Part shown: piece after piece, positions 10,731-20,558 of the stretch | How the letters are laid out: each line of letters opens with the position of its first letter | Numbering within the stretch: the first letter of the stretch is position 1 | NCBI GenBank assembly: GCA_963731655.1 | Contig: CAVSWL010000006.1 | Coordinates: 39,792-103,791 of the forward strand | Length of the DNA: 64,000 bases | Direction of reading: 5' to 3' | DNA from: an uncultured Gammaproteobacteria bacterium | GTDB taxonomy: Bacteria; Pseudomonadota; Gammaproteobacteria; JAAEPA01 | The notes under the pieces: generated by a model | What the model was told of the DNA's origin: nothing | What the model saw: the letters and a program-made list of their open reading frames with translations, nothing else | Database searches by the model: none | Made by a program: the position numbers and the translations under genes

Positions 10731-12727
10731 CACCTGAACTCGGACATTTTGCACTGATCCTTGCGCTATGTTTAGCTATTGTGCAATCCAGCTTTCCCCT
10801 CGCCGGAACATTCACCAGAAACTCCAATTGGATTGCCCTAGGCCGCACCATGGCTTGGGGGCAGTTTACTTTTCTGGTGATGGCCTTTGCCTCTCTGGCC
10901 TATGCCTTTCAGACCGATGACTTTTCCGTCGCCTACGTCGCGGAGAATTCGAACACGCAATTGCCACCAATCTACAAGTTCTCCGCAATCTGGGGCGCAC
11001 ACGAGGGCTCACTGTTGCTGTGGGTGCTGCTGTTGAGTAGCTGGGGACTCGCCGTCTCCGTGTTCAGCCGTAATCTGCCCGCGGTAGTGCTGGCAAGGGT
11101 GCTCGCGGTGATGGGCATGGTGAGCATCGGCTTTCTTTTGTTCATGTTATTGACCTCTAACCCCTTCGAGCGGCTATTTCCTGCCCCAATGGAGGGACGC
11201 GATTTGAATCCGCTGCTGCAGGATCCGGGTTTGGCCATTCATCCTCCCATGCTCTACATGGGCTATGTGGGGTTCTCTGTCGCGTTCAGCTTCGCCATCG
11301 CCGCGCTCATCGGGGGCAAACTCGACGCCGCCTGGGCACGCTGGTCGCGCCCGTGGACCACCACAGCCTGGGTCTTTCTGACCATTGGCATCTCCCTGGG
11401 GAGCTGGTGGGCTTACTACGAACTCGGTTGGGGCGGCTGGTGGTTTTGGGATCCTGTCGAAAACGCGTCCTTCATGCCTTGGCTCGTCGGCACCGCATTG
11501 ATCCACTCTCTGGCCGTAGCAGAGAAACGCGGAGCCTTTAAGAGTTGGACCGTGCTGCTGGCGCTTGGCGCCTTTTCCATGAGCCTGTTGGGCACCTTCT
11601 TGGTGCGATCCGGGGTGTTGACTTCGGTACACGCCTTCGCTACCGATCCAAGCCGAGGTATTTTTATCCTCAGTTTTTTGGGCATCGTCATCGGCGGTTC
11701 GTTATTGCTTTATGCGTGGCGCGCGCCTACGGTGATGGGGGGAGGACGTTTCGATCTGGTCTCCAGGGAAACCTTTCTGCTGGGCAACAATCTGATCCTG
11801 GTCACCGTCGCCGCGTTTATTTTATTGGGAACCTTGTTCCCCCTAATCTACGATGCTCTGGGGCTTGGAAAAATCTCCGTGGGCTTTCCCTGGTTCAACC
11901 GCATGTTTCTCAGCTTCATGCCGTTGCTGTTGGTGTTGATGGGTATCGGCCCGCGGGTGAGATGGAAGCGGCATGATCCAAAGGAGCTGGTGCGTGAGCT
12001 ATGGTTAGCTTTCTCGATCAGCATCGTATTGGGTCTCGCGGCCTCCTTGCCCATCTATGGCGTCTACTCGCTCTGGGTGAGCCTGGGCGTTGGGTTGGCC
12101 GTCTGGCTGTTGCTCTCACACCTGATCAACCTGCGGGAGCGTTTTAAACACAAAACAACATGGGGTGCGATTTGGCGGGATTTTGCCGGTCAAGGCCGAA
12201 GTTATTACGGCATGGTGCTCGCCCACCTGGGAGTGGCCGTAACGGCCATTGGGATCACTTTTGTGTCCATCTATGGCATCGAAAAAGACATCAAGCTGTC
12301 CCCAGGAGAACATATCGATGTGGGCGGGTATGAGTTCCTGTTCGAGGGTGTAACCGAAACGCCGGGACCGAACTACCGCGCACATCGGGGCCAGTTTGAC
12401 GTCTCCAAAGAAGGAAAGCACGTTACGGTGCTGCACCCCGAAAAGCGCATGTATTTAGTCCAAACTAAACCCATGACCGAAGCGGCCATTGACGCCGGGT
12501 TAACCCGGGATCTCTACGTTTCCTTGGGAGAACCTCTCGGAAGTGGAGCCTGGAGTCTACGCGTTTACTATAAACCTTTTGTCCGCTGGATCTGGCTCGG
12601 CGGGGTGCTCATGGCGTTGGGCGGCCTACTGGCGATTTCGGACCGGCGTTACCGCATGACTCTGCGCCGCAAGGCAACCGTCCCTGATCGTCTAACACAA
12701 ACCCTGGCATCCCAAGAAAGTAGCTAA
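10727..12727 (+). CDS. ccmF: Cytochrome c-type biogenesis protein CcmF (heme lyase component)
   Basis: 666 aa polytopic protein with Trp-rich WWD-like segment (SWWAYYELGWGGWWFWDPVEN) and conserved His residues. Follows ccmE. Confidence 0.9.
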   Translation: MTPELGHFALILALCLAIVQSSFPLAGTFTRNSNWIALGRTMAWGQFTFLVMAFASLAYAFQTDDFSVAYVAENSNTQLPPIYKFSAIWGAHEGSLLLWVLLLSSWGLAVSVFSRNLPAVVLARVLAVMGMVSIGFLLFMLLTSNPFERLFPAPMEGRDLNPLLQDPGLAIHPPMLYMGYVGFSVAFSFAIAALIGGKLDAAWARWSRPWTTTAWVFLTIGISLGSWWAYYELGWGGWWFWDPVENASFMPWLVGTALIHSLAVAEKRGAFKSWTVLLALGAFSMSLLGTFLVRSGVLTSVHAFATDPSRGIFILSFLGIVIGGSLLLYAWRAPTVMGGGRFDLVSRETFLLGNNLILVTVAAFILLGTLFPLIYDALGLGKISVGFPWFNRMFLSFMPLLLVLMGIGPRVRWKRHDPKELVRELWLAFSISIVLGLAASLPIYGVYSLWVSLGVGLAVWLLLSHLINLRERFKHKTTWGAIWRDFAGQGRSYYGMVLAHLGVAVTAIGITFVSIYGIEKDIKLSPGEHIDVGGYEFLFEGVTETPGPNYRAHRGQFDVSKEGKHVTVLHPEKRMYLVQTKPMTEAAIDAGLTRDLYVSLGEPLGSGAWSLRVYYKPFVRWIWLGGVLMALGGLLAISDRRYRMTLRRKATVPDRLTQTLASQESS

Positions 12728-13272
12728 TGACACGTTATCTCATTCCTGCGGGGTTGTTCGCCGTTGTGGTCGTCTTCCTCGCCATCGGTCTGAATCTGGA
12801 CCCCAAAAAAGTGCCTTCGCCCCTTGTCGGTAAACCTATGCCAGAGTTTACGCTGACGCGCTTGGACAGTCCCCAAGCCACGATCAGCAACGCGGATATC
12901 AAAGGTAGCGTAGCGTTGTTGAATGTATGGGCGACGTGGTGCGTTTCATGCCGCGCGGAACACGAAGTATTGCTAGCCCTGGCCAACACGGGCAAGGTCA
13001 AGATCTACGGGCTGAATTACAAAGACAACCGCGAAGACGCCCAACGCTGGCTGCGGGTCTATGGAAATCCTTATATTGCCAATGCCTTTGATGGCGATGG
13101 GAGAATCGGTATCGATTGGGGTGTCTACGGTACACCGGAGACCTTTCTAATTGACCCGCAGGGAATCATCCGCGACAAGATCATCGGCCCGATCACCGGA
13201 GAAGTCATGCAACAGCAGCTCCTCCCCGCCATCGAAAAATTGCAATCCACCATGATATCAACGAAAGGATGA
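12727..13272 (+). CDS. ccmG: Thiol:disulfide interchange protein CcmG/DsbE
   Basis: Thioredoxin fold with WATWCVSCRAEH (CxxC) and an N-terminal anchor. Confidence 0.9.
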   Translation: MTRYLIPAGLFAVVVVFLAIGLNLDPKKVPSPLVGKPMPEFTLTRLDSPQATISNADIKGSVALLNVWATWCVSCRAEHEVLLALANTGKVKIYGLNYKDNREDAQRWLRVYGNPYIANAFDGDGRIGIDWGVYGTPETFLIDPQGIIRDKIIGPITGEVMQQQLLPAIEKLQSTMISTKG

Positions 13273-13754
13273 AACCGAGCTTCTTGCGCTTAACTGCGAT
13301 CCTCGTGCTGCTCAGTAGCGCCACGGCTCATGCCAATCTGGAGTCCTTTGATTTCAGTGGCCCGGTGAGCGAACAACGTTACCGCGCCCTCATCGAACAA
13401 TTGCGGTGCTTGGTTTGCCAGAATGAGTCCCTGGAGGCCTCGAACGCCGAGCTGGCTGGCGATCTGCGTAAAGAAATCTATGAGATGATGGCCAAGGGCC
13501 AAAGCGATCGAAAAGTCATCGATTTCTTAATCGCTCGTTACGGCGATTTCGTGCTTTACAATCCACCGTTAAAACCCTCCACTTATTTTCTCTGGTTCGG
13601 CCCCTTTGCACTGTTCATTCTTGCTGGTTTTGCACTCTACCGTAGCATACACCGGCGCAGTTTGTCGGTAGAAACCCAATTGACCGAGGAAGAACAAGCG
13701 CGAATAAACCAGGTTCTAGGTAAATTCCCGACCAGCAGAGAGCAAGGACGATGA
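13269..13754 (+). CDS. ccmH: Cytochrome c-type biogenesis protein CcmH
   Basis: LRCLVCQNESL (LRCxxC) motif, signal peptide and C-terminal TM segment. Confidence 0.85.
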   Translation: MKPSFLRLTAILVLLSSATAHANLESFDFSGPVSEQRYRALIEQLRCLVCQNESLEASNAELAGDLRKEIYEMMAKGQSDRKVIDFLIARYGDFVLYNPPLKPSTYFLWFGPFALFILAGFALYRSIHRRSLSVETQLTEEEQARINQVLGKFPTSREQGR

Positions 13755-15043
13755 GCCTATTTTGGATTCTCGCCGGCGGCATGATTCTGCTCGCTTTGAT
13801 TTTCTTGCTGCCGCTCATAAGCAAGAAGAGCCAACGTGTTCAGATCAGCACGGAGCAGCTCAATATCGACTTGATCAAACAACAACTGGCCGAGCTCGAA
13901 ACGGACCTGAATAACGGCAAGTTGGATGCGGACGACTATGCGGCGGCAAGAAAAGATCTGGAGAAAGAGCTGCTCTATGACTTGACGGGAACCTCCCATG
14001 CGAGCGGTGAAACGTCGGAAAGGCGTGGTCGCTGGGCCATTGTTGTTTTGATCTTCGCGATTCCAGCAACCTCGATTATGCTCTATCAACAATTTGGAAC
14101 AAACCGTCTCTTCTCCACGTCGCCGGCTGAAAAGGGCTTAGCCGCAGAGGGACACCCCGCTCAAGGTGCACAAGCACCTTCCCTAGAAGAAATGATCGCC
14201 ATGCTTGCCGCCAAACTCGAGCAGCAACCCAACAATCCTAAAGGGTGGTACATGCTGGCGCGTTCTTATATGGCGCTCAACCGGTATAGCGAGGCAGTCG
14301 AAGCGTATCAGAAACTACACGAACTGACCGGCGACCAACCCGAGATCTTAGTCAGCTATGCGGATGCCCTGGCGATGGTGCACAATGGCAAGCTAGCAGG
14401 TAAACCGCTTGAATTAATCAACAGAGCCTTGGCGCTCAACCCCGCCCAACCCCAGGGTCTGTGGTTGGCCGGTATGGCCGCCAGTCAGCAGGGTGATTAC
14501 ACATCCGCCGTGGCTCATTGGCACCAACTCGCGCCTTTGCTGAAGGATGATCCGGACTCCTTAACTGAGATTAATCAACTGATCGCGCAAGCGGAGCAGC
14601 GCGGCAACCTCCCCCATGAGCCGCCAACAATGGCGTCAACCGCCCCGGAAGCAAAAGCCGAGGCTTCCCTCGCCGACACACCGAGTCCGGCTGCTCAAAA
14701 GGCATTGACGGTCAACATCACTCTGGATCCCGCCCTAAACCAACAAACCTCGCCGGACGATATCTTGTTTGTCTTTGCCCAGGCGACCGAAGGCCCTCCC
14801 ATGCCCTTGGCGGTAGTGCGCAAGCAGGTCAAAGATCTTCCTTTGAAAGTGACTCTAGACGATTCAATGGCCATGGCGCCCGGTATGCGCTTGTCGAATT
14901 ATTCGCAAGTAAAAGTGGGTGCGCGTGTTTCAAAGTCCGGTAACGCCATGCCGCAAAGCGGCGATTTCTACGGCGAAGTCAACCCGGTCGCAGTAGCTCA
15001 GGGCGGGACCGTGAAGATCACGATTGATCATAAAATGCCCTGA
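13751..15043 (+). CDS. ccmI: Cytochrome c-type biogenesis protein CcmI (TPR protein)
   Basis: N-terminal TM segments followed by TPR-like repeats (WYMLARSYMALNRYSEAVEAYQK...). Last gene of the ccm cluster. Confidence 0.75.
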   Translation: MSLFWILAGGMILLALIFLLPLISKKSQRVQISTEQLNIDLIKQQLAELETDLNNGKLDADDYAAARKDLEKELLYDLTGTSHASGETSERRGRWAIVVLIFAIPATSIMLYQQFGTNRLFSTSPAEKGLAAEGHPAQGAQAPSLEEMIAMLAAKLEQQPNNPKGWYMLARSYMALNRYSEAVEAYQKLHELTGDQPEILVSYADALAMVHNGKLAGKPLELINRALALNPAQPQGLWLAGMAASQQGDYTSAVAHWHQLAPLLKDDPDSLTEINQLIAQAEQRGNLPHEPPTMASTAPEAKAEASLADTPSPAAQKALTVNITLDPALNQQTSPDDILFVFAQATEGPPMPLAVVRKQVKDLPLKVTLDDSMAMAPGMRLSNYSQVKVGARVSKSGNAMPQSGDFYGEVNPVAVAQGGTVKITIDHKMP

Positions 15044-15278
15044 ACGCACATTGGGATCGCATTGCCGCGCTGGTGCCTGGTTAGGTTGCATAATGCAATA
15101 AGAATCCCGCGAGGCTGCTTTAGCGCTTGCAAAATCATTGAAATTGGAACACCCCATTTATTATTATATAGTTATATATTTTTATGGTTAAATATGTTGA
15201 CCTGCAAGCTGTGTCGGCGTGGAACCATCCAAAATCGCCGTCATCGCTGGATTGATTGCTTAAAATTGGAGAAAACTT

Positions 15279-15905
15279 GTGAGCAACGCGCTGAACTATC
15301 TGATAGCCGCCCGCCCTGATGCCATTAAACCGTATTTCAAGTTCCTGAAAGAAGCCGGGAAACACCTCGACCCCCGCACTCGTGATCTGATATCGGTAAT
15401 CACCAAGGTGGATGTACAGACCGAAGCCGGGTTTCGGCAGTATTTGACTCGGGCACTGCGCAACGGCGCCAGCGCAAATGAGGTCATCGACGCGTTACTC
15501 ATGGCATTCCCCACCCTGGGGCTCGCGAAAATCGTGTGGGCGGTGGATATATTGCTGGACATGGATATTCCGGAGTTCCGCCCTGAAAACTTGTTTGCCG
15601 AACCCTCCTGGCACAAGGTGGCTCCGCTCGATGATTTGGACTCCGAAGGCATCAGCTACCGGGATTGCGATGGCCGAAGTCTCTTCATCTACCGAAGTCA
15701 CGAGACATTGCGTGTCTATGACAGCCGCTGTCCTCACCAAGTCACGAATATTCCTCATTTGGCCTTGAACGGCACGCAGCTGACCTGTCCCAAGCACAAT
15801 TGGAAATTCGATGCCATTACAGGCGAATGTATCGACATCGGTGACCGCCCGCTCAATCAATTCGAACACAAAATCGAAAACAGCACGCTACATGCCTATT
15901 GGTAG
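15279..15905 (+). CDS. Fusion protein: AhpD-like/carboxymuconolactone decarboxylase-family N-domain plus C-terminal Rieske [2Fe-2S] domain
   Basis: C-terminal half carries CPH-X16-CPKH (Rieske box CxH...CxxH). The N-terminal ~100 aa are a helical domain resembling the AhpD/CMD family. Confidence 0.6.
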   Translation: MSNALNYLIAARPDAIKPYFKFLKEAGKHLDPRTRDLISVITKVDVQTEAGFRQYLTRALRNGASANEVIDALLMAFPTLGLAKIVWAVDILLDMDIPEFRPENLFAEPSWHKVAPLDDLDSEGISYRDCDGRSLFIYRSHETLRVYDSRCPHQVTNIPHLALNGTQLTCPKHNWKFDAITGECIDIGDRPLNQFEHKIENSTLHAYW

Positions 15906-15979
15906 CGGGAGCGAACGCACTGTTCCGTGGTGTAAGATTGGATTCAAGGCCGACGAGCGCTGCGCCGCAGCCTCTTTCC

Positions 15980-17344
15980 TTAGTCCGAAGATTTGCGAAA
16001 CATCTCCGGATCGAGGTGAAACCGGTTGAGCAATTTATAGAAATCCGTACGGTTTCGTCTTGCCAACCGTGCGGCCTGCGTTACATTCCCTCGGGTTATC
16101 TGCAATAGTTCGACCAGATATTCCCGTTCAAACCGCTCCTGGGCTTCCGCGAACGACATGATCTGACCACTTTTACCCCGTAACGCCTTATCCACCAATT
16201 TGGCGGAAATAAGCGGGTTGGTTGACAATGCCACCGTTTGTTCAACCACATTCAGCAGTTGTCGCACATTTCCGGGCCAAGGTGCCGCGATCAATAATTC
16301 CATCGCTTCTTGAGAAAACCCTTTGATTTTTTTTTGGCTGCGCTGGGTGGCCGTAACTAAAAAATGGTTGGCCAGTAAGGGGATATCCTTGCGCCGCTGC
16401 GCCAACGGGGGCAGTTCGAGTGTGACGACATTGAGGCGGTAATAGAGATCCTCACGCATCACGCCGGCCGTCACGGCGGTTTCCATATCCACATGCGTGG
16501 CCGAAATTACGCGAACATCCACCCTCTGGGACTGAGTTGAGCCGATTGGCCGGACTTCCCGTTCTTCCAATACCCGCAGCAATTTTGCTTGAAAAATCAA
16601 TGGCATATTCCCGATCTCATCCAAAAAGAGCGTGCCGCCATCGGCTGCCTGAAACAGGCCCTTATGGGTTTGAGTCGCCCCGGTGAATGAGCCCTTGGCA
16701 TGGCCAAACAGTTCGGATTCGAGCAAAGTCTCGGGCACCGCGGCGCAATTGATCGCAACAAAGGGCTGATCTTTGCGGGCACTCGCTTTATGGATCGCCT
16801 TGGCCAGAAGCTCTTTACCGGTGCCACTCTGGCTCTGAATCAATACGCTAACATCGCTTTCCGCCACCAGCTTGGCCTGTCTCAGCAACTCGTCCATGAT
16901 CTCGCTGCAGCTAATAATCTCTTGGCGCCATTCATCTCCAACCTGGGACGGCGCAGCGCGAGCACTTTTACCACCCAAGCGGATCGCATCCTCGATATTC
17001 GTCAGCAGAACCTTGCTATCAAAGGGTTTGGTAAGATAGCTAAACACACCACGGCGGGTGGCCTCCACGGCATCGGGTATGGTGCCGTGCGCGGTGAGGA
17101 TAATGACCGGCAACGCTGGAAAGTGCTCGTGAATGCTCTCAAACAGCGCCATCCCATCCATCCCATCCATACGCAAATCGGTAATCACCACCTCAGGCTG
17201 ATATCCCGCCAAACGCCCCAAAGCCTTTTTTCCACTATCCACAGCATCCACACTAAAACCCGCGGCCCCAAGCCTGATGGATAGCAACCTAAGTAGGCTT
17301 GGATCGTCATCGACCAGCAGGATTTTAGCTTTTTCCATCATCAA
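15980..17344 (-). CDS. Sigma-54-dependent response regulator (NtrC family; GlrR/QseF-like)
   Basis: REC domain (ILLVDDDPSLL...D), AAA+ sigma-54 activator domain with GESGTGKE and GAFTGA motifs, C-terminal HTH. Confidence 0.85.
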   Translation of the reverse strand: MMMEKAKILLVDDDPSLLRLLSIRLGAAGFSVDAVDSGKKALGRLAGYQPEVVITDLRMDGMDGMALFESIHEHFPALPVIILTAHGTIPDAVEATRRGVFSYLTKPFDSKVLLTNIEDAIRLGGKSARAAPSQVGDEWRQEIISCSEIMDELLRQAKLVAESDVSVLIQSQSGTGKELLAKAIHKASARKDQPFVAINCAAVPETLLESELFGHAKGSFTGATQTHKGLFQAADGGTLFLDEIGNMPLIFQAKLLRVLEEREVRPIGSTQSQRVDVRVISATHVDMETAVTAGVMREDLYYRLNVVTLELPPLAQRRKDIPLLANHFLVTATQRSQKKIKGFSQEAMELLIAAPWPGNVRQLLNVVEQTVALSTNPLISAKLVDKALRGKSGQIMSFAEAQERFEREYLVELLQITRGNVTQAARLARRNRTDFYKLLNRFHLDPEMFRKSSD

Positions 17345-17960
17345 GCTGCGTCTCCCGTGAAGGTCGAACCACCGGATTTTCCCGTTTAATTAAACTCTCC
17401 TCAATCGCCTTTAGTTGATTCAATTGTTTTTCCATTTTTTGTCTCAGCTCGCGTTCTTTTCTTAACTCGTCCTTGACGCGGTTATAGTCATTAAGCTGGC
17501 CCTGCAGTTTCCCAACGACCGTCGATTGCCGCTCCCGCTCCTTTAATGCATCCAGCAGCAACAACGCAAATGCCCGATTGTCCCCGACCTCGTCCTCCGT
17601 TGTCTCAAGATAGTGGGTTAACAATTTCTGGGCTCTTTGGTCATCTCTGAACGGCTCGTTGGATAGGCTCAACAGGAGCGACAAGCGTAGCGCATCGCCC
17701 TGCGCCTTATGCTTATCTGTATCGAATTCATGGGCTACCCGCTCATACTCCTGTAGACGAGCCAGGGTATTCAGCTGCTGAATCCAGGCATAATAATTTA
17801 ACATGTCCAGGCTCTCGCTGCCCGCCTGCGATATCCCTCGAGAGGCGGTCTGTGGTTTCCGGTGCGGTGTTCCCCAGCTACAACCGCTTTCACATCCGGC
17901 TAAGACACTCAATAAGCACAAGATCCAGAGAATTTTCGAACGGAATCGCCAACGTCCCAT
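17325..17960 (-). CDS. Coiled-coil lipoprotein, QseG/YfhG-like
   Basis: Lipobox LLSVLAGC. Charged coiled-coil C-terminal region. Sits between the histidine kinase and the sigma-54 regulator with overlapping or adjacent ends, as in glrK-yfhG-glrR. Confidence 0.5.
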   Translation of the reverse strand: MGRWRFRSKILWILCLLSVLAGCESGCSWGTPHRKPQTASRGISQAGSESLDMLNYYAWIQQLNTLARLQEYERVAHEFDTDKHKAQGDALRLSLLLSLSNEPFRDDQRAQKLLTHYLETTEDEVGDNRAFALLLLDALKERERQSTVVGKLQGQLNDYNRVKDELRKERELRQKMEKQLNQLKAIEESLIKRENPVVRPSRETQLDDGKS

Positions 17961-17971
17961 GCGTAGGTCAC

Positions 17972-19402
17972 TTATGGTTGTATTAACGGAAGGGACAGCT
18001 GAAAATGAGCGCCCTTATCTTGGTCGAGTATCTCAACCCTTCCATGGTGCATCTTTACGTACTCCTGGACAATCGCAAGCCCCAAGCCTGTGCCCTTCAC
18101 ATGACCTTTCGCGCTCACATGACCTTGATAGAATGCCTCGAAGACTCTATGGCGTTCTTGCGAATCGATGCCCGGTCCTTCATCCTGCACGTTCACTACT
18201 GCGACATTATCATTGGATACAAGTTCTACCGTGACTTTGCCTCCCATCGGCGAAAATTTAATCGCATTCGAAAGTAGATTGTCCACTATGGTTTTAATTT
18301 TCTCGCGGTCTCCGCAGATTTCAACCGCAGCCAGTTTTTCTTCGATCGCCAATTGCTTGGATAGTGAAATCAAGCGGTGATCAGCCAGTACTCCGCGAAT
18401 GGTGTCATCCAATTGCAACTGAACAACGTGCAGCTTCGAAGGCTGGGAGATCGCTACATTAAACTTCAGCAGATCTTCGATGCGTTTTTGCAACTGTATG
18501 CTGTTGTCACGCAGTATCGCCGCCACTTCCGCCTGCTCCGGGGTTAGTGATCCCACCACCTCTTCGTTGAGTAATTCTGCGCCTTCGCGGATGACACTCA
18601 GTGGTGTCTTCAGCTCGTGAGAGATGTCCCTCAAAACAGATCTTTTTTGCTCTTCTAACTCATTTAACCGGACCCGCAGCCAATCGAGCCGAATGCTCAG
18701 TTCACGCAAATCCTGGGGTCCCCCGACCGAGATAGGCTCAGAAAACTCACCAGAACCCAAGCGTCGAATCTCGTGATCGATGCGCCTCAAAGGGCTGGTA
18801 ATCAGCACCGTAAACGTTGCCGCTAAGATCAGCGTGATTGGAATCAAGGGTATCGCAAGAATCAGCAATATCCGCTTAGCCCGCTGAGCCTGGCGACGCA
18901 CATCATCGGCGTCGCCAGCAATATATTGACTAATCTCGTAAGTTAGGGTGTGCGCCGCCTCCGCCATGGGTGGGAACTCCGCCAGAGGTTTGGCTGTTCC
19001 ACCCTTATCGCCCACGGTCTGTTGGAAACTGAGATAGAGGTCCTGCTCAAGTTGTATGAGGCGCTCGAGCTGTTGACGTGCGCTGGGGCTAAGGTCCAAT
19101 GCGGACAGCACATGAGCGGCTTGTGTGAACTCAGCGCGCCGATCCTTATAGATCTGATAGAAATTGCGGTCATGCAACACCTGAAATTGCCTGACAGTGC
19201 GTTCCATCGCCGTAACCTGTTCGACGATTATACGACTTGCCCTCACCGTTTGGGCCGTATCTAAAACCACCTTGCGCCCTCTTCCCGCCAAGCCGTCGAC
19301 TTGAACCACAGCGATCATCAAAGCCAGAATTAAAGGCAAGGAAACCACCAAAAAACCTATTAAGGTCAGTTGGAGAATGGAAGTCGGAATTCGTATGTTC
19401 AC
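17972..19402 (-). CDS. Sensor histidine kinase (GlrK/QseE-like): two TM segments, periplasmic domain, HAMP, HisKA, HATPase
   Basis: H-box SHELKTPL. N, G1 (DEGPGI) and G2 (GTGLGL) boxes. Two hydrophobic segments flank a ~150 aa periplasmic region. Confidence 0.85.
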   Translation of the reverse strand: MNIRIPTSILQLTLIGFLVVSLPLILALMIAVVQVDGLAGRGRKVVLDTAQTVRASRIIVEQVTAMERTVRQFQVLHDRNFYQIYKDRRAEFTQAAHVLSALDLSPSARQQLERLIQLEQDLYLSFQQTVGDKGGTAKPLAEFPPMAEAAHTLTYEISQYIAGDADDVRRQAQRAKRILLILAIPLIPITLILAATFTVLITSPLRRIDHEIRRLGSGEFSEPISVGGPQDLRELSIRLDWLRVRLNELEEQKRSVLRDISHELKTPLSVIREGAELLNEEVVGSLTPEQAEVAAILRDNSIQLQKRIEDLLKFNVAISQPSKLHVVQLQLDDTIRGVLADHRLISLSKQLAIEEKLAAVEICGDREKIKTIVDNLLSNAIKFSPMGGKVTVELVSNDNVAVVNVQDEGPGIDSQERHRVFEAFYQGHVSAKGHVKGTGLGLAIVQEYVKMHHGRVEILDQDKGAHFQLSLPLIQP

Positions 19403-19991
19403 TACGGAATGTTCGATACACGGCGGTTAGGCGCTAAGTTGCCAGTTAAGCGCCCTGATTATCGTGGGGTAAATCATAGTGGAGTACGGCTCGTTGAATA
19501 GGGCTGTTCGCACCGGTTTATTGAAGCATCGCACCACGAACCGACCTTGCACCTCTGGGCAATCGCTCAGTGTCTGAAGTCTACCTCAGTCCGAGGACCA
19601 AAGCATTGCTGCTCGACCAAGCACTGACCAAATGAATCACTCATAAGGAGGACAAGAAGATGCCTGCGGTCAAGAAGTTGCACCAAAGCTTGGAGAACGG
19701 CTCCAAGCCGACCCATAATCTTCGGGCATTCGTTTAAGGCCTTGTGCTTGCTGGCACGCGGCCCCTTGGGACACCCGTGCTGTGTGCCGTTGGCCAGCCG
19801 TATTCATGAAGGCGTGGTGTTTGCTATCAGTCACCAGCGGATCCTGCTGGACAAGTTCGCACGGCTTTTTCTGGATCTCGTTAGCCACATCAATGTCCCC
19901 ACTGCGCTAATTGTCGACGCATATTATGCCAGCCGCTGTGAACGGGGTCTCTTCGTGCCTGGCGGAGCCTGCGAACTTAAGGTACGTAATG

Positions 19992-20531
19992 TTAGCGGAT
20001 AAGCCGATAGACGAGTAAAACCAGTAACGTCAACACGACGGTGCCGAATAACCACGGGCCACTGTTATGCACCAGCGCCAGAACCGGTTCCAGATGATGG
20101 CCAAGTACCTCCGTTGCGATGCTCCAGACCCCGATCCACAGGACCACCCCAGCCAGGTTATAAAGCGTGAATCGGTGCCAGCGCACCTCGGCGGTTCCGG
20201 CCACGAGTGAACCGTATTGCCGCGTGCCATCGAAAAAGGGGGCAGCCACGAGCAGCGCGGCGCCCCAGCGTTCAAACAGACTGTGCAGCCGTCGCAAGTG
20301 GTGACGATCTACGAGTCCAATCCGCAATAGCAACCGACGTCCACCCCTCCTGCCGATGAAATAGGACAGTTGACTCCCCGTCAGAATCCCGATCGCGGCC
20401 AAACCTACAACCGGTACGATAGACATCTCACCCCGACTGGCCAAGATTACGGAGGCAATCAGCAGGGTGAGTCCCGGCGCAGGGATGCCGATACCCTCAA
20501 GGAACATAGCACCGAACAGCACGATGATCAC
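19992..20531 (-). CDS. DedA/SNARE-associated family membrane protein
   Basis: About 180 aa membrane protein with the DedA-type pattern (FLEGIGIPAPG...) and a Gly-rich re-entrant loop. Confidence 0.75.
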   Translation of the reverse strand: MIIVLFGAMFLEGIGIPAPGLTLLIASVILASRGEMSIVPVVGLAAIGILTGSQLSYFIGRRGGRRLLLRIGLVDRHHLRRLHSLFERWGAALLVAAPFFDGTRQYGSLVAGTAEVRWHRFTLYNLAGVVLWIGVWSIATEVLGHHLEPVLALVHNSGPWLFGTVVLTLLVLLVYRLIR

Positions 20532-20558
20532 CGGGCGATCAGACGCTGCTTGGGGCCA

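Noticed and set aside
19650-19990. Short ORFs (e.g. ...HQRILLDKFARLFLDLVSHINVPTALIVDAYYASRCERGLFVPGGACELKVRNVSG) upstream of the histidine kinase gene
   Set aside because: Fragmentary, with no start or identifiable family. Treated as promoter/leader region, possibly with old gene debris.
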